Assembly (NCBI GenBank): GCA_001643675.2
Contig: LSRY02000003.1
Span: forward strand, 496,001 to 560,000
Length of the DNA: 64,000 nt
Reading direction: 5' to 3'
Source: Monocercomonoides exilis PA203
Taxonomy: Eukaryota; Protista; Preaxostyla
The translations under genes were made by a program, and so were the position numbers. This document shows positions 39,653 through 53,193 of the stretch, piece after piece; the stretch's first letter is position 1; each line of letters starts with the position of its first letter. The notes below the pieces were generated by a model. The model made no database searches, was not told the DNA's origin, and saw nothing but the letters and a program-made list of their open reading frames with translations.

Positions 39653-41382
39653 TTACTGCGAAGATCCAACTCCTTCTCCAATGCGAATATGTGCTGTCTT
39701 CGCATCCGGGTCAAAAGTAGCGCGGATGGAGTTGTTGAGAGTGGAGGTGGACAAAAGAATCGTCAGCAGGATGGCAATGTAGGCAAGTACATGATACAGC
39801 ACATACAACACACCATACACCTTTGTGGTGTTGGAGGAGTTGTTAACTGAAACATTAAAAAACAAACAAACAAATAAATTAAAATAAATGAATAAATTTA
39901 GAAATAAATGAAAAAGAATTTTGAAAAACAAAAGTTTGAGTCAAGAACAAATAATTCTTTCAATCAATCAATTTTTCAACAAATAAAATAAGCAATTCTC
40001 GTTCATTTCCTCTTTAACCACATCGTTTTCTCCCTCCCTCCTTTAAAAAAAAAAAAACTCACACACCATAAGTCGACTTCGCTTTTGTCCCAAGCTCTCT
40101 CATAACTGGCTTATACGCTGCATTCGAGTTCATCATCGTCAGAAGCAGCAGAAGCAGCAATATGGCCATTATACCTGCACTGATCATCACAAACACACTG
40201 AGCACCATGCTCCTCCTCACCATCGGGTGCTTCTTGTTCTTCGTCTGTCTGGTCGACGCGGCAAAACCAGAGCGGACAAGTGCATCAGGCATCGGAATCT
40301 TCCTCTTCTTCTTCACTTGCTGTGACGATGCTGATGACAGCGATGAAAGCCCATCTGATGGAACTTTGCCTTCTGCATTTTCTCCGCTTTCCTCTGCCTC
40401 AGCCCGCATGTCTGGCACGCCGTCGCTCATTGCCCCATCACTCGCAGGCACTTCAAATCCCAATGTGTCACCCACACTCTCAATTCCATCCATCCCATCA
40501 ACGCTATCGTCATCAGTCCACTTCTTTGCCCTCTCTTTCTCCCGCGCTCTCCACAGCGCACACGACAAGACTGCGCAGGTGAGCAGCGTCAGAAGCACCA
40601 GCACACCCACCACAATCACAAAGTAGTGCATGAACCCGTTCCGCTTCGTATCAATGTCGTTGTAGAAGACAAGAAGTGGAGACTCAAACGCAGAGTGGCG
40701 GAACTTCGGGAACAACGCAATAATCTCGGTGATCGAAAAATAGCACCCTGCAAACATTGAAGCAAGGATCATTGACTGTAAAAAAATTGAAAAATAATTT
40801 TGTATATGTTGTTTGAAAAATATTTTTATTATTCTAAGAGAAAAATATGATCATCCAAACTTCTTTCATGAAAGAACTGGAATATATTTTCCAATAGCAT
40901 CGCTCTTGAATAACCAAAGTAACTGTTTCAAAGACTCCAAATATAACTGCCATCACAAGAGCAGCCTGAGAATTAATTAAAAAAATGACATTTAATATGA
41001 ACTATTAAATTTAAATGCAAACATTAACACGAGGGAAGAAAGTTATAATGAAGTCTTTCGAGTGCACAGAATAGGAAAAGAATTGTAAAGAAAACAAAGC
41101 AAGATGAGGAACCATGACGAAATTCCAAGCAGAGATAAACAGATGAAGGCGCTTCGCATAAGTTCGAGCTTTGTTTAGAAGTGTAATAAACACTCCAACA
41201 ACCGAAAACACGAATAAATGTATGAAATACAGAAAGTAAGGAAGGCCTTTTGGAAATGTTGCAACCGAAGGGAGAAGTGAAATTCCAGATGTTATGCATA
41301 AACCCAGCAAAAGCACAAAGGAGCAAACGAATGTTATCGTAAGTCCTTTGTGAGTTGTGGAGCCTGTTAGTAATATAGTCAT
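39653..41382 (-). CDS. Seven-transmembrane (GPCR-like topology) protein; 4 exons
   Basis: Exons 41382-41029, 40965-40924, 40775-~40067 and ~39846-39653 splice in phase with GT-AG. Seven hydrophobic segments with a long charged loop between TM5 and TM6. Confidence 0.7.
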
Positions 41383-41495
41383 TCAATTTTTAAAAAGAAG
41401 CATTGCTCAAAAAGATTCAAAAAATGTATTTGCACACGTCGATCGATATCAATATCAGATGAAAACATAAGACAATTACTTGTTAGACTGCTTCA

Positions 41496-42325
41496 ATGAG
41501 TTATTAAAAATGTTTTTGATTGGAAAAATGACGATTTCTATTTCCTAAAGTCTCTTTCAAACCTGTTATATCGGATATGATTTTTATTAAGGTAGTTACC
41601 ATTATAGAGCTTATTTTCGAACAAATTTACGTTTTTTCTCATTACGAAAGCAAATGCAAGAAGAAAATAAAAGCTCCGAAAATGAAAATTTAAATTCAGC
41701 ACATTTTTTCCATTCATTACCATGCGATATAAACTATACAGGGCCAGTTGATTCAGAGAAGTATTTTTTCGTCCACAAGAGTTAGTGATTGCAATTACTT
41801 TGGAATTATTTAATATTGCATTCTCCCAATTTGTTTAAATACAAGGAACTGATGGAAAATATTCAGCACAACTTCGGGGCCGTGAACTCACAGTTTGATA
41901 TAACTGACCAACTATTTAATTATTATTGGAAATTTTTCGATTGTTTTATGCTTCAACAACAGGGGAAAATCGTGCCTTCTCCTAAAAGTCACGTCAGTGT
42001 GAAATTTTTTTAATTTTTTAAAAAACTTTTAAATTGAATTTCAATTGAAATACAAAAAGTGTCCGTTATTGGTTGTCGACCTCATACGCACAAAAATCCT
42101 ACGGAATGGGCAGCTGCACCTCTTGTGAAAGTTGGAGGAGAAGAACCTCAATTACTTGCATGGACTCATTGCAGTCACCATCCATCAGATATAGAATTCA
42201 AAAAAGCTTTAAATTGGATCGAAATTTCTGATGTTGTATGTTTTTCTTTGTTTCGTTTTTTATTAAATTGATATACTGCAACTTTTAAATGCAATAACTT
42301 TTAGCTTCATGGATTTGATGACTGA
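41496..42325 (+). CDS. RNASEH2C: Ribonuclease H2 subunit C; about 7 small exons
   Basis: Spliced reading gives HSLPCDINYTGPVDSEKYF...SAQLRGRELTGKIV...LLAW...KKALNWIEISDVLH, matching the RNase H2C motifs HxLPCxIxxxGP, FRGRxLxG and ALxWxxxxxxLH. The start codon is less certain. Confidence 0.8.
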
Positions 42326-43174
42326 ATATTTTTTGCATTCGATAATCAAGAACAGTTTAAAATCCTCTTATCTCCATTTCACCACTTCAATCCATGTAGA
42401 CAATCTCCTTGAATGTTCCTTGAAAAGATTTTCACTTCTAGGGCTTATTCCAAATTGTGAAGAGCTTATTTTTAATTTTTCCTTTTATTATTTTGAGAAG
42501 AACTTTCATTTATAGACTTTTTTTTTCTTTCTGGATTTTATTCTCAATTGGCACGAAATTTTTCTCTTTTCTGTGCTTTTGAAAAGATAAAAATAAGAGA
42601 TTAAAAAAATATCCAATTGATTGAAATCGATCAATTGTTCAAAATTCGGTTTTTTTGAGCAATAAAAATGTTATGAGTGCAAAAAATAATAAAAATATTT
42701 ATTAATAAAGAAAAAAGGGATGGAAAAAGCCTCGAAGACATGAAGATGAGATTGAATAGAGACATTAATGTAAAAAGTGAGTGAAAGAGTACATTATGCT
42801 CAGATACGCCACCAAAACAGTGAAAACAAATGAAATTTATTTTTTAATATAAAAGTTAAAATAAACAACGGTAGTTGCATGGAACTCATTCATTTGTGTC
42901 AACGCATTGCCCCACACAAAACCATCCCTTCAAAACTTTGATATGGTTCATTGAAAGACAATAAGAAATTGATAGAAAAAAAATACAGTAATAAGATAAA
43001 GAAGTATCTGAAAAGCTCATATAAACAGAGAAAAAGCAGAGATTTATTCAAAAATTACAAAATGATTTTATATCGTCAAAAAGATATATTGTAACCCAAT
43101 ATTATAATTAACGATGTTCTTATTCTCTAAAAACCATTCTCTAATGAATCTTCGAGAAATAGCTTTGCGAAGTC

Positions 43175-44177
43175 TTACTTCTTTTTGCAGTTCTTGAAGG
43201 TGAAACCACCACATGCCATCACAACAATAAAGAATATCACAATCTATTTTTGAATAGTGTTTAAGTACAAATATTTCAAATACATACATACACACATTGA
43301 AAAAGAAAAAAAGAAATAAATATTATAAATGAAATATGAACTTGTGAAACTTAATATAACAATCACACCAAAAGGACAACAATTATAACAACCCACAGTT
43401 TGCAGTTTTTCCACCACATAGTCTTTTTCAGTTGAACGGCTTTCTTTCTGTATTGCTTTGCTGATTGATTCAGATTTTCAGATTTGTCAACCAACAGTTC
43501 AATTTTCTCTTGTCGCACAAGGATTTTGTCTTCGTATTTTGAGGAAATTTTGTTTTCAAGAATGAATACGATAAAAGGATTTTTTTATAAACAAACCGAT
43601 ATTCTGTTCCACCTGTGTTCTCAATTCTACAACGGAATCTTTAACCATTTTTATCTTATCTGGTGCTTGTTTTGTGTATTGATCCTGAAAAGAGATTATT
43701 TGACAAAATGTGCATCAAACAAATACTTTTTTTAAAAAGATTTTGAAAAAATACCATCAAAGTACGAAGTTGAGCGTTAAAGGCTCGCATTCCATCTGAA
43801 GATGCAGAATACACAGAATCTCTATATTCAGCTCTAAATCTTTGACAAGTCTCTTCAAGAAAACCGAAAGCCACTCGGTTGTTGAAGCCTTTATCCGTCA
43901 TGCACAAATAAGTGATTCGATCCTGGACCATGTAATGAAATGTATATCTATTATTTTAATTTGATTTTACGAAAAATATTTAAAAAAAAAATGCAGCCAT
44001 TGTTTTCAAATCGAAAATGTTAAAGACACACTGTTCGTAGATGTACGACATTTTGCTATTTGTCTGCGGAATCTTTTGACAAATAGTTCTTGAGATTTGA
44101 GGGAAGTTACCTGTCGTGGTTGCATAGTCGCACAACACGACCGTGCCACGAGCAATAAGAGCGTAAATCACAGGCAT
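43175..44177 (-). CDS. VAMP7: VAMP7/VAMP71-type longin R-SNARE; 5 exons
   Basis: Longin domain MPVIYALIARGTVVL...YLCMTDKGFNNRVAFGFLE; synaptobrevin domain NIDKILVRQEKIELLVDKSENL...MWWKNCK; C-terminal TM ending CGGFTFKNCKKK*. Confidence 0.93.
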
Positions 44178-44412
44178 AAGTGAAAGTAAGGGAATTGATC
44201 GTATAGAAATTTTGGTTTCAAGAAATACAATATTTTCTTATCAAACAATATAATGATTGAAAAAACTTTCACATTAGCGAAAAATAATCAAAAAATAGTT
44301 CAAATCAAAATTTTGTTTGCTAACAAAAAAACAATGAATGAAATGAAAGAATAAACAATGGATTCAGTGGACGAAAAAGATTTACGCAATAAATACAAGA
44401 AAAATACAATTT

Positions 44413-45546
44413 TCACAGTTCTTCATTGTTTGCAATAGTTTTCTTCTTCTTTTTGTCTTTCTTTTTGTGATCACCATCTTTTCTCTTTCCCTTTGATTTT
44501 TCATCTTTTTTTGAATCAGAATTAGTATGACTCTCAGTCTGGACAAAATCCTTTGGTTTGACAGCTGCAATCCACGAAGCTGCTTCATTCAATTCTGCAA
44601 AATTAAGTTTTCCATCATACGATGCAACGCGTCCAAGTTTCACGCTATTTTCATCATTCAATTTTGAGTCAGCAGAAGTATTTTTCCCTGGAAATCGCAT
44701 TAATTCTTTTTCAAGTTTTATTCCTTTGAAATTGATCAAAAACAATGATGGATATTCAACAGATATTTCATCTGAATGAGAATCTTTTTCAGATTCCTGC
44801 TCTTCAGTTTCTTTTTCATTTTGATCATCCATTCTCGCCCTCTCATCACCTATCCATGTTGCTCTTAGCGCTCCTTGCCCTCTATCTTGTTCATCTAGTT
44901 CTTTAACTTTGTCCCAAACCTTCGTTACAGTTTCTGCTCTTGCATTCACAAATCCACATAATACTCCTCTTCGTTGTTTGTAGCAAACTTGCTTAAACAA
45001 TGGAGGAACTGTGGATTTTCCAGACAATAGCAGCAGTCTTGGAATATGAGCTGATGTATTGAAGAATTTGTTTATTCGCTCATCTTTTGTTAAAGTAGAT
45101 ATTTGCTTATCTCCAAGTTGATTGTTCAAGATAAATTGTCTCATTGTTCTCAAAGTCCTATCCTGGTTATAAACTATTGGTGTTTTATTGGGCCGGAAAA
45201 GCATGCACTTTGGGACTTGATACGTTTGATACATTTGTGCGAATTCTCTATAATGTTCAACGTTCATTTTTCCAACACGAATACCAATTGGTCGCATAGC
45301 TTTTGCCAATTTATCAAGTTCCGGGACCATTTGATGACATGCTGGACAGTTTGTTATATAAAACACTTTTGATACAATGCAAAAAAAGCTTTATATGTTG
45401 AATCACAGAAATAATCGCATACTAACAAAGTATGTGTTGTCATTTCCAAGTACTTCTTCCTTAAATAATTGCGGTGTGAGTTCAGCAATTGCTTGCGAAA
45501 ATCCTATGTGTATTGAGCACAGCAAAGAACAAATAATGAAAATCAT
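44413..45546 (-). CDS. ER thioredoxin-domain (PDI/P5-like) protein; 2 exons
   Basis: Signal peptide MIFIICSLLCSIHIGFS; thioredoxin fold ELTPQLFKEEVL..FVMFYITNCPACHQMVPE; second inactive thioredoxin-like domain; C-terminal NEEL. Confidence 0.82.
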
Positions 45547-45701
45547 TTGATCATGAGTATAACTTTTTAATTAGTCACTTGGAGCATATTGAAAGTCGCT
45601 CTCATTTAATTGCTCTCGAGCACAGAAGAAGATCATAATCAAACGTTTCTTTCTTTATAACTGCATTTGGCGTTTGGCCAAACTTAAAAAGATATAGCAA
45701 A

Positions 45702-48700
45702 ATGAACAAGCCACGGGCTTCATTTATGTCTCCTCAAAGGGTAAACTAAAAATCTTATTGTGCTTTGTTTGCTTAAATATGAAATTTTGAAATATCAATT
45801 TATAGCAGACAGGGGCCCCAGGTCAAATTATTTCAACTTCAGCAGCATCTTCTCAAATTGTAATAAATCCTCAAAATGTTCGATTATTTTAATTCATTTA
45901 ATTGCATTTTATTTTAAATCATTTATATATGTTTGCATTTATAAAATAGTATACTTTAAAGCGACCTCCGGAACTGTTAAACGTCGGACAAGCTCAGCAA
46001 ATGAACTGTTTGAAAATTTGAAATATTTTTTTATTTGATGTTCATTCCTGCGTGAAAACAAAAAAATGTTAACGTTTTGATAGATCCTATGTATCAAGAT
46101 CAATCTCAGTCTATTCCATCTATTTTTCAGGGATCTTCCATTATGCCCAAACCATCGTTGCTGAATTCTGTTCACAAGCCAACCCAGCAAGTGGAGAAGC
46201 AACCAATTTCGGACATTATTGTACGAAATCCTTCCAAACTCAGACTCCTTCCTATTTACACACCAAAGGGTGTACCAGACACAAAACCTCAAATACAAGT
46301 GCTTCCTGCTTTTAATGGTTTGGCTTTTTTAAAAATTCAAGAATAACAATTTCTTTATATTCCCTCGAATGTTAATCATAAAACTGCTATTTTTCTCAAC
46401 GAAATATATTCCTATTGAATGATCTTTTCATTTTCTTTTCCAATTCTTTTCACATTTTCCACAATATAATCACAGAGCTTCCAGTTTCCGAGCATCACAA
46501 CAACTTCCTCGCCAAGCTTGAGCAATGCTGTGTGATCTGCGATTTCTCTCCCTGCCCATCGCCAGCGCAGCTCCTCGACCGCGACACCAAAACGAGGTAT
46601 CTGAAGGACATTGTGCTGTACATCACGTCTGGCAGAAGTGTGTTCCCTGAAAGCTGCTGGGGCGCCCTGTTGAAGATGGTCTCTACAAACATCTTCCGTC
46701 CTCTTCTGACAGTGGAAAAGCCGTTTGCATTGGGTTTGTAATGAAGGGGTTGTTGCATTGTGAGAGGGTGAGATTGGTGTCGGGGGATGATTTGAATGAT
46801 GGGTTAATGTGCTTTTTTCCGATTTGAAAATTTTTTTGCTTTTATATTTCACGATAAAAATTGCATTTCTCTTTAACTGTTAACTTTTTGATGCTTTTAC
46901 CTTCTTTTTTTGAAAATGTTTGAATATTAATTCTCATTTTTTCAACTCCAACTTTAACAATTTTTTCTTTCTTCTCCACCAGAATTCGAAGAGGATGAAC
47001 CACAACAAGATCCCGCGTGGCTGCACTTGCAGTACGTCTACGAAATCCTCTTCCGTTTTGTGCTCTCAAACGAAGTCGACCCGAAAATCGCCATCAAATA
47101 CTTCACCACAGACTTCATCGCCTCGCTCATTGATCTCTTTGATTCAGAAGAGCCGAGAGAAAGAGATGGGCTGAAATCCACACTGCACAGAATATACTCC
47201 CGCTTCTGGCCGCGCCGCCCGTTCATCCGCTCATCGATCTCGCACAAGTTCCACCGGCTGATCGACAACCAGATCCCGTTCAATGGAATAGCGGAGCTGC
47301 TGGAGATACTGGGCTCAATCATCCACGGCTTCGGGGTGCCGGTGAAGATGGAGCATCGACTGTTTCTACAGCACACACTGCTGCCGCTGCATAAAGTGTA
47401 TGGCGATGGGGGTGGTTTAAGTTGTGGTGGTGGTGGTGGTTTCTTGTGAAACAAAAGATGAGCTTGGAAAAAGGAACTTCGAAATAGATTTTATTCATGT
47501 TATATTTGAAATAAGTCGTTTTTTCCTCCTTTCTTTCTTTCTTTCTTAATTTTTACTCATTTTTTTCATGTAATTTTCATTCGTTCAAACTTTCCTTATT
47601 TAAAAAATAATAAAAAAAAACAACAGCCCCCAAATCACCTCCTTCCACGTGCAGCTGTCTAACTGCATGATCCTCTTCATCGAGAAGGAGACGAAGATGT
47701 CGAGTGTCATCGTCAACGCCCTCATCCGCGTGTGGCCGAAAACAAACTCTTCCAAACAGATCTTGTTTCTGAATGAAATCGAAGACATTGTTGATTCCCT
47801 CTCACTGGATGACTTGATGCCTTTAACACCAGTCTTGTTCAAGAAGATTGCAGAGTGCATCCAATCGCCTCATTTCCAGGTGGCTGAGCGAGCTTTGTCA
47901 TTGCTGTCTAACGAATACATCCTGCAGCTGATCTCGCAAATGAGGGCGACAGCGATTCCGCTGCTATTCATGGCGCTGTATGCGAACACGAAGCAGCACT
48001 GGAACAACTCTGTGATATCTCTCACGTTCTCGGCGTTGAAGCTGCTGATGGAGATGGATTCGAAGCTGTTCTCGCAATGTGCCACTGTGTTTAAGAAGAA
48101 GAACGAGACAGATTTTTCTGTGAGGATGGCACGAGATGTCAAATGGGAAACAGCAGAAAAGCTGGCAATGAGCAAAAAGGAAGAAATGAAGTGGAAGAGA
48201 GATGACAGAAACAATAAGATTAATCCAGGTGTTGTTACGTCGCCTGCTTCTGAGACGATTCTGTCGAATTCGTCGAGTGTTCTGTCAGACGCATCGGGGG
48301 AGTTTATCAATGGAGGTGGGGAGAAGGAAGGAGAAGTGAATAGAGAAGGGAAAACGGGAGGAGGAGGAGGAGGAACAGGAGGAAGTGGTGGTGGTTATGC
48401 AGGTGATGGAAGAAGTTTCAGTATGTTGATGCGAAAAGGAGTTGATGGGTGGATGGGTGAGTGAGATTGCAAATGAATGAAAGAATGCATTATTGAAATG
48501 CAATCATTGCTATTTTTTGTTGAAATGAAACACTGCAAAGAAAAATTTTTTGATTCAATTTTATTTTTTAAAGGAAAACATTAGAAAAGTGCCTTTTTTT
48601 TTCAAAATTATTTCTTTTTCACAATTCTTTTTTCATTACATTATATTTTCCAAATTTTTTCCTTTTTATTCAAACAGAAAACGAGCCAAATCCATCTCCT

Positions 48701-50868
48701 TCTTCATCTCCAGCGATTGTCGGAGCTTCGTTTTCTTCTTTTTCTCCTCCAAAATCATCTTCTCTTTCTTCAAAGGCATCTTCCACTGCTTCGAATAACT
48801 CCTCCGCCAAAGTGATTTCTTCATCTCCAAGTGCTTCTTCTATTTCTTCTTCGTCCACTTTTTCCCCTTCTTCTTCTTCTTCTTCTTCTTCTTCCTACTC
48901 TTCTTCTTCCTCTTCTTCCTCCTCCTATGTTTCCTCCTATTCCCCCTCTCCTCCAATCACATCTTCAAATGGCCTGCACATGCGCCGTGCTTCCCTCACC
49001 TCTGTCCCTTCAGACAATTCTCTTTCTTCCCCTTCTCCTTCCATTTCTCCTTCTTTTTCTCCTTCTTCTCATAACCCTTCTCCAAATTTAACCCCAAGAA
49101 AAGCTGCTTATCTTGTTTCTTCCCCCACAAAATCACCAAATTTTGAGAATTCTTCTTTGTTTTCATCTTCATCATCATCTTCTTCTCCTTCTCCTTCTCC
49201 TTCTTTTTCTTCTTCCTCTCATTCATCTTCATCTTCATCTTCTTCTTCTTCTTCTTCTTCTTCTTCAATTTCATCAGCCTCCTCAAAATCAACATTGGCA
49301 GCCTCGTCTGCATCTGCAGGCGAAAACATGCCAAACAACTTCACATCACCTTATGTATCCAACCAACCACACACACAACCACACACACATTCTTCTAATT
49401 CTTCTAATTCTTCTAATTCTCCTTCTCCTTCTTCTCATTCTCCTTCTCCTCGTTCTCTGTCTAATTCACAATCAAAATCACAATCACAATCATATTCGCT
49501 CACTCGTTCCTCTTCCCTCTCCTCATCTTCCCTCTCCCCCTCTCACTCACCAGCACATCCATCGAATAGCACACATTCTCTTCTCCTTCACACTCGAATA
49601 CGCTCTGCTCGCCTCTCTTCGCAGGCTGATCGAAATTTCGACAGCAACAAAACAGCTTTCCAGCCGTCTTCCCCCCATCCTCCTTCCACTTTGGCTGCTG
49701 TGTCTTCAGCACCATCGTTGTCTACTGCTTCTTCTTCTCTTTCTTCTTCTCCTTCTTCCCCTTATTCTCTTGTACAATCAGCTTCTGTTACTTCCGTTGC
49801 TTCTGTTGCTTCTTCTTCTTCTTCTTTGACAGCTGTTTCGTCTTCTCCAAGACGTTCTTCTTCATTTGTGCCATTGTCTACCTCTCCATCACCTTCTTCC
49901 TCTTCTTCATCGTCTTCTTCTTCTTCTTCTTCTTCTTCCATTTATACAAAAACTGCAACTACAACATTATCTTCTTCCTCAACCTCTTCATCTTCATCAT
50001 CATCATCTTCTTCTTCTTCTTCCTCCCCTTCTTCCTCACCATCACCCTCATCATCCCCACCATCATCATCAGTATATGTAACTCACTCTTCTCGCTCTCC
50101 CCGTTTATCCTCTTCTCCTTACGCCTCCCACCAAACTTCCAACTCTTCCTCGCCCCGCCTCTCAAAAACAGCCAAAACAACAAAAACAGCCAAGCAAATC
50201 AGCAGCACTAGCTCAGGTATTGTTGTGAGTGTGAATATGAATTTGAATGTGAATGCGAGTACGAATTTGAATGTGAACACTGCCACAAACAGCAGCAAAT
50301 TGTCGAAAAGTCCTCGTCTGACACATCCGACTGCAGAAGTTGCAGGGCATTTGACAGCTTCGAATTCTTCTTCTGTTTCGAATGTGACAAATGTTGCTAA
50401 TGTTTCTGTTATTCCTGTTAGTCCAGTTACGTCAGCTGCGCCTGGAACAATTGTTTCTGTGGCTTCATCCTCTTCTTCTCCTTCTTCTCCTTCTTCTCCT
50501 CTTTCTTCTGCTTCAACTTCTTCCTCTTCTTCTTCTCTTTCCTCTTCCCCAAACACTTCTGTAGCTGCATCCTCCTTCACCTCTAATACTCCGAACTCTT
50601 CTTTTCCGCCGGAATTCTCCGGCCGCCCAACAAACAGGGCGCCTGCTGCTTTATCTGCAGCGTCAACACCAGTTTCTTCTGAATCTCTTATCCCATCAGC
50701 ACCTCCGCTCTCTTTTCCCACTCGCCCTTCGTCTGGCCCGTCCACACGCCCTTCGCACAGGCAGATGGCGGCGGGCAATGGCAGAGGAGGAAGCGCTGGT
50801 ATGTCTGTTTGTCTGTAAATAAATAAATATATATATTACAAGGCCAATGGAGTTATTTTCATAGAGAG

Positions 50869-50913
<45 letters not shown>

Positions 50914-51046
50914 GTTCATTTACTTGAATTTGCTTGTTTTGTAATAATTATTATTGTTAATATTTTATCATTTGTATTTATTAACTCTTTCTTTCTCTTT
51001 TTCTCTTTCCTTCTCTCTTTTTCTATTTCTAGTAGTGAAAAGATGA
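45702..51046 (+). CDS. PPP2R5: PP2A regulatory subunit B' (B56) with a ~700-aa Ser-rich C-terminal extension; multi-exon
   Basis: B56 motifs KLEQCCVICDF, PAWLHLQYVYE, LFDSEEPRERDGLKSTLHRIY, NGIAELLEILGSIIHGF, WPKTNSSKQILFLNE and SPHFQVAERAL. Intron 48421-48677 joins in phase to ORF 48812..50818. Predicted short final exon ends at TGA 51046. Confidence 0.88.
50872..50909 (+). repeat. (GA)n microsatellite in the predicted last intron of B56
   Basis: Seen directly. Confidence 0.9.
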
Positions 51047-52588
51047 ACGGCATTGTATATGTAAGTTAATTATATTTCGTTGAAATTAACTTACCCAGCT
51101 TATCCTTATGAATTATTTTTATTTTCTATCTATTTTATTATGTATAAATATAGCGTGGGTATGAGTTAAGTTATTTTCTTAATCTTCTTCTTCATCTTTG
51201 AATGGAGTATATTTTTTGTGTATGTCTTGTGAGGTCAGAAATAAGCAGATATTTGTCAATTTTCTTTTCTTTTTATTTTCAAATGTCATTTGTTGAATCA
51301 CACTAAAATTATTATGACCATCACGATAGAATATTTATTTTTTTGAATAAATTTCTGAAAGTATTTGCAAACGCATTGCCATTGTTATTATTTGATACTT
51401 TTGATTTGAAGCAGATAACAAGGCAATGAGAATTTTAAAAATTGGAGATTTTTTTAAAGATCATTTCAAAAAAAATTCTAAAAAAAAAAATCGATTGGTG
51501 AATTAAAGAATATATAACAAAAATGATTTTTCATAAAGTGTTTGGGTTTTATGATTATTGTCGATGTATATTACATTCACAGAAAATATGGTGCATATTT
51601 TATCTTGGCCTCAAAAATTAATCTCAACCCCTTTTTTTTGAAACTTATTTTAGCTTTTTTGATTTGTGAAAAGGCGAAAAACAAAAACAAATTAAATAGA
51701 CTTCTTGATATTTTTGTTTTTCAGAATTCTGTTGAAAAATTTTATGAAATTTTTATGTTCAAAAAAATAATCGAAATTTTCCTTTTTTGGACCCAGATCA
51801 AAGACTTGCTGATTATTCAGCAAATATTTCATACTGAACGTTTAAAGCCACAGCATCAGCATTCCACATTCATGTATTATTATTTTTTCTTGTTTTTAGC
51901 ATTATTAATTTTATTTTTGACCTTTTTTTTCTTATTTCACTGTTTTAGCTTAAAACACAATATTTCATTTAAACAAGTGTTTGTGTCAAATTTTATTAAA
52001 ATGAAAAAAATAAATAAAGTCTTAATTATCGTTTATTTGTATTAAGCATTGAAATGAAAAGGAACTTCTCAAAAATTTGTACTGATAAGCAAGTCTATGT
52101 GATTTTTTTGTTAATAAAATTATTAAACATATACAAACAAATAATTATTTTAACATACAAGAATCGTTTTATTTTAATAATGTTTATTTATCATTTCAAT
52201 AAATTTCAAAACAAATTTATATGTGTCCTTGAAATCGTGTTTTTTGAAAAAATGTGTGAAATGAGAAAAAGTGTAAAAAAAAACAAGTTGAGAAAGTTTT
52301 AAACAACTAAATTATATAAATAATAAACGATGTATTATGATTTGAAACCTAAAAACTTCTAATAAAAATTATTCGCTGGAAAAGCAGTAAGTCAATGATC
52401 AAAATACAAAATTATTATTATCCTCGATCTTTTTGTGAAACATGAAATATTGAAAAAAAAATACTGAAAAAGGAAATTAAAACATTTCAAACATTTCTAA
52501 TTATTTTTAATTTAGTGCAGGCTTGTGTAAAGCGAAAAGCATTACAAATAAAAAAAGGTCTTGATAAAATCATAGCCCTTATAAAAAT

Positions 52589-52629
<41 letters not shown>

Positions 52630-52723
52630 TTTGTTTGTTTGAATCATTTATTTCATTTTCATAATGTTCAATATTCTTTTCTGTCAAATATCGTATTTTT
52701 TTAATTTTTTAACTTCCATATTT

Positions 52724-52915
52724 TCGACATGGGGCAAAATTTTTGAAATTATGAAAAAAACTGAGATTTGTTCCAAACTTTTTCTGAAATCATTTCATAA
52801 TGAATCAATCGTAACAAAGCAAATTATTACAGAAATATTTGAAAATTGAGAAAAATATTCGTAAATATTGAATGAAACAAAATTCATGAAGCATAATATT
52901 TTGTCCCACGTCAGA
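52724..52915. mobile_element. Small MITE-like element (family C)
   Basis: Inverted ends gacatggggcaaaat and attttgtcccacgtc. Related end sequences at ~5611 and ~31161-31227. Confidence 0.45.
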
Positions 52916-52938
52916 TTATAAAAAACTTGTATTTATTT

Positions 52939-53193
52939 GTGTGATAATTTTGGAAATCATAATTTTTTCGGTGTGTCAGTTTTCAAAGATTGTCGGTTTA
53001 ATAAAAGAAAATTTCAATTCAAAAGTGAAAAAGCATGATAACTGTTTTTGAAAGCAAATCCTTTAACCGAATTGTGGATAAAAATGTCTTTAATAAGCAT
53101 TTTCACTTTTCAATGTTCATTTTATAATATTCAAGTGAAATTTTTGAACTAAAAATTTTGAAAGAAAAAATATGCTTTCAAAAATAATCACCC
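52939..53193. mobile_element. Family-A MITE, 255 bp
   Basis: Ends gtgtgataattttggaaatcataattttttcgg and caaaaataatcaccc; same length as 60404-60658. Confidence 0.75.
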
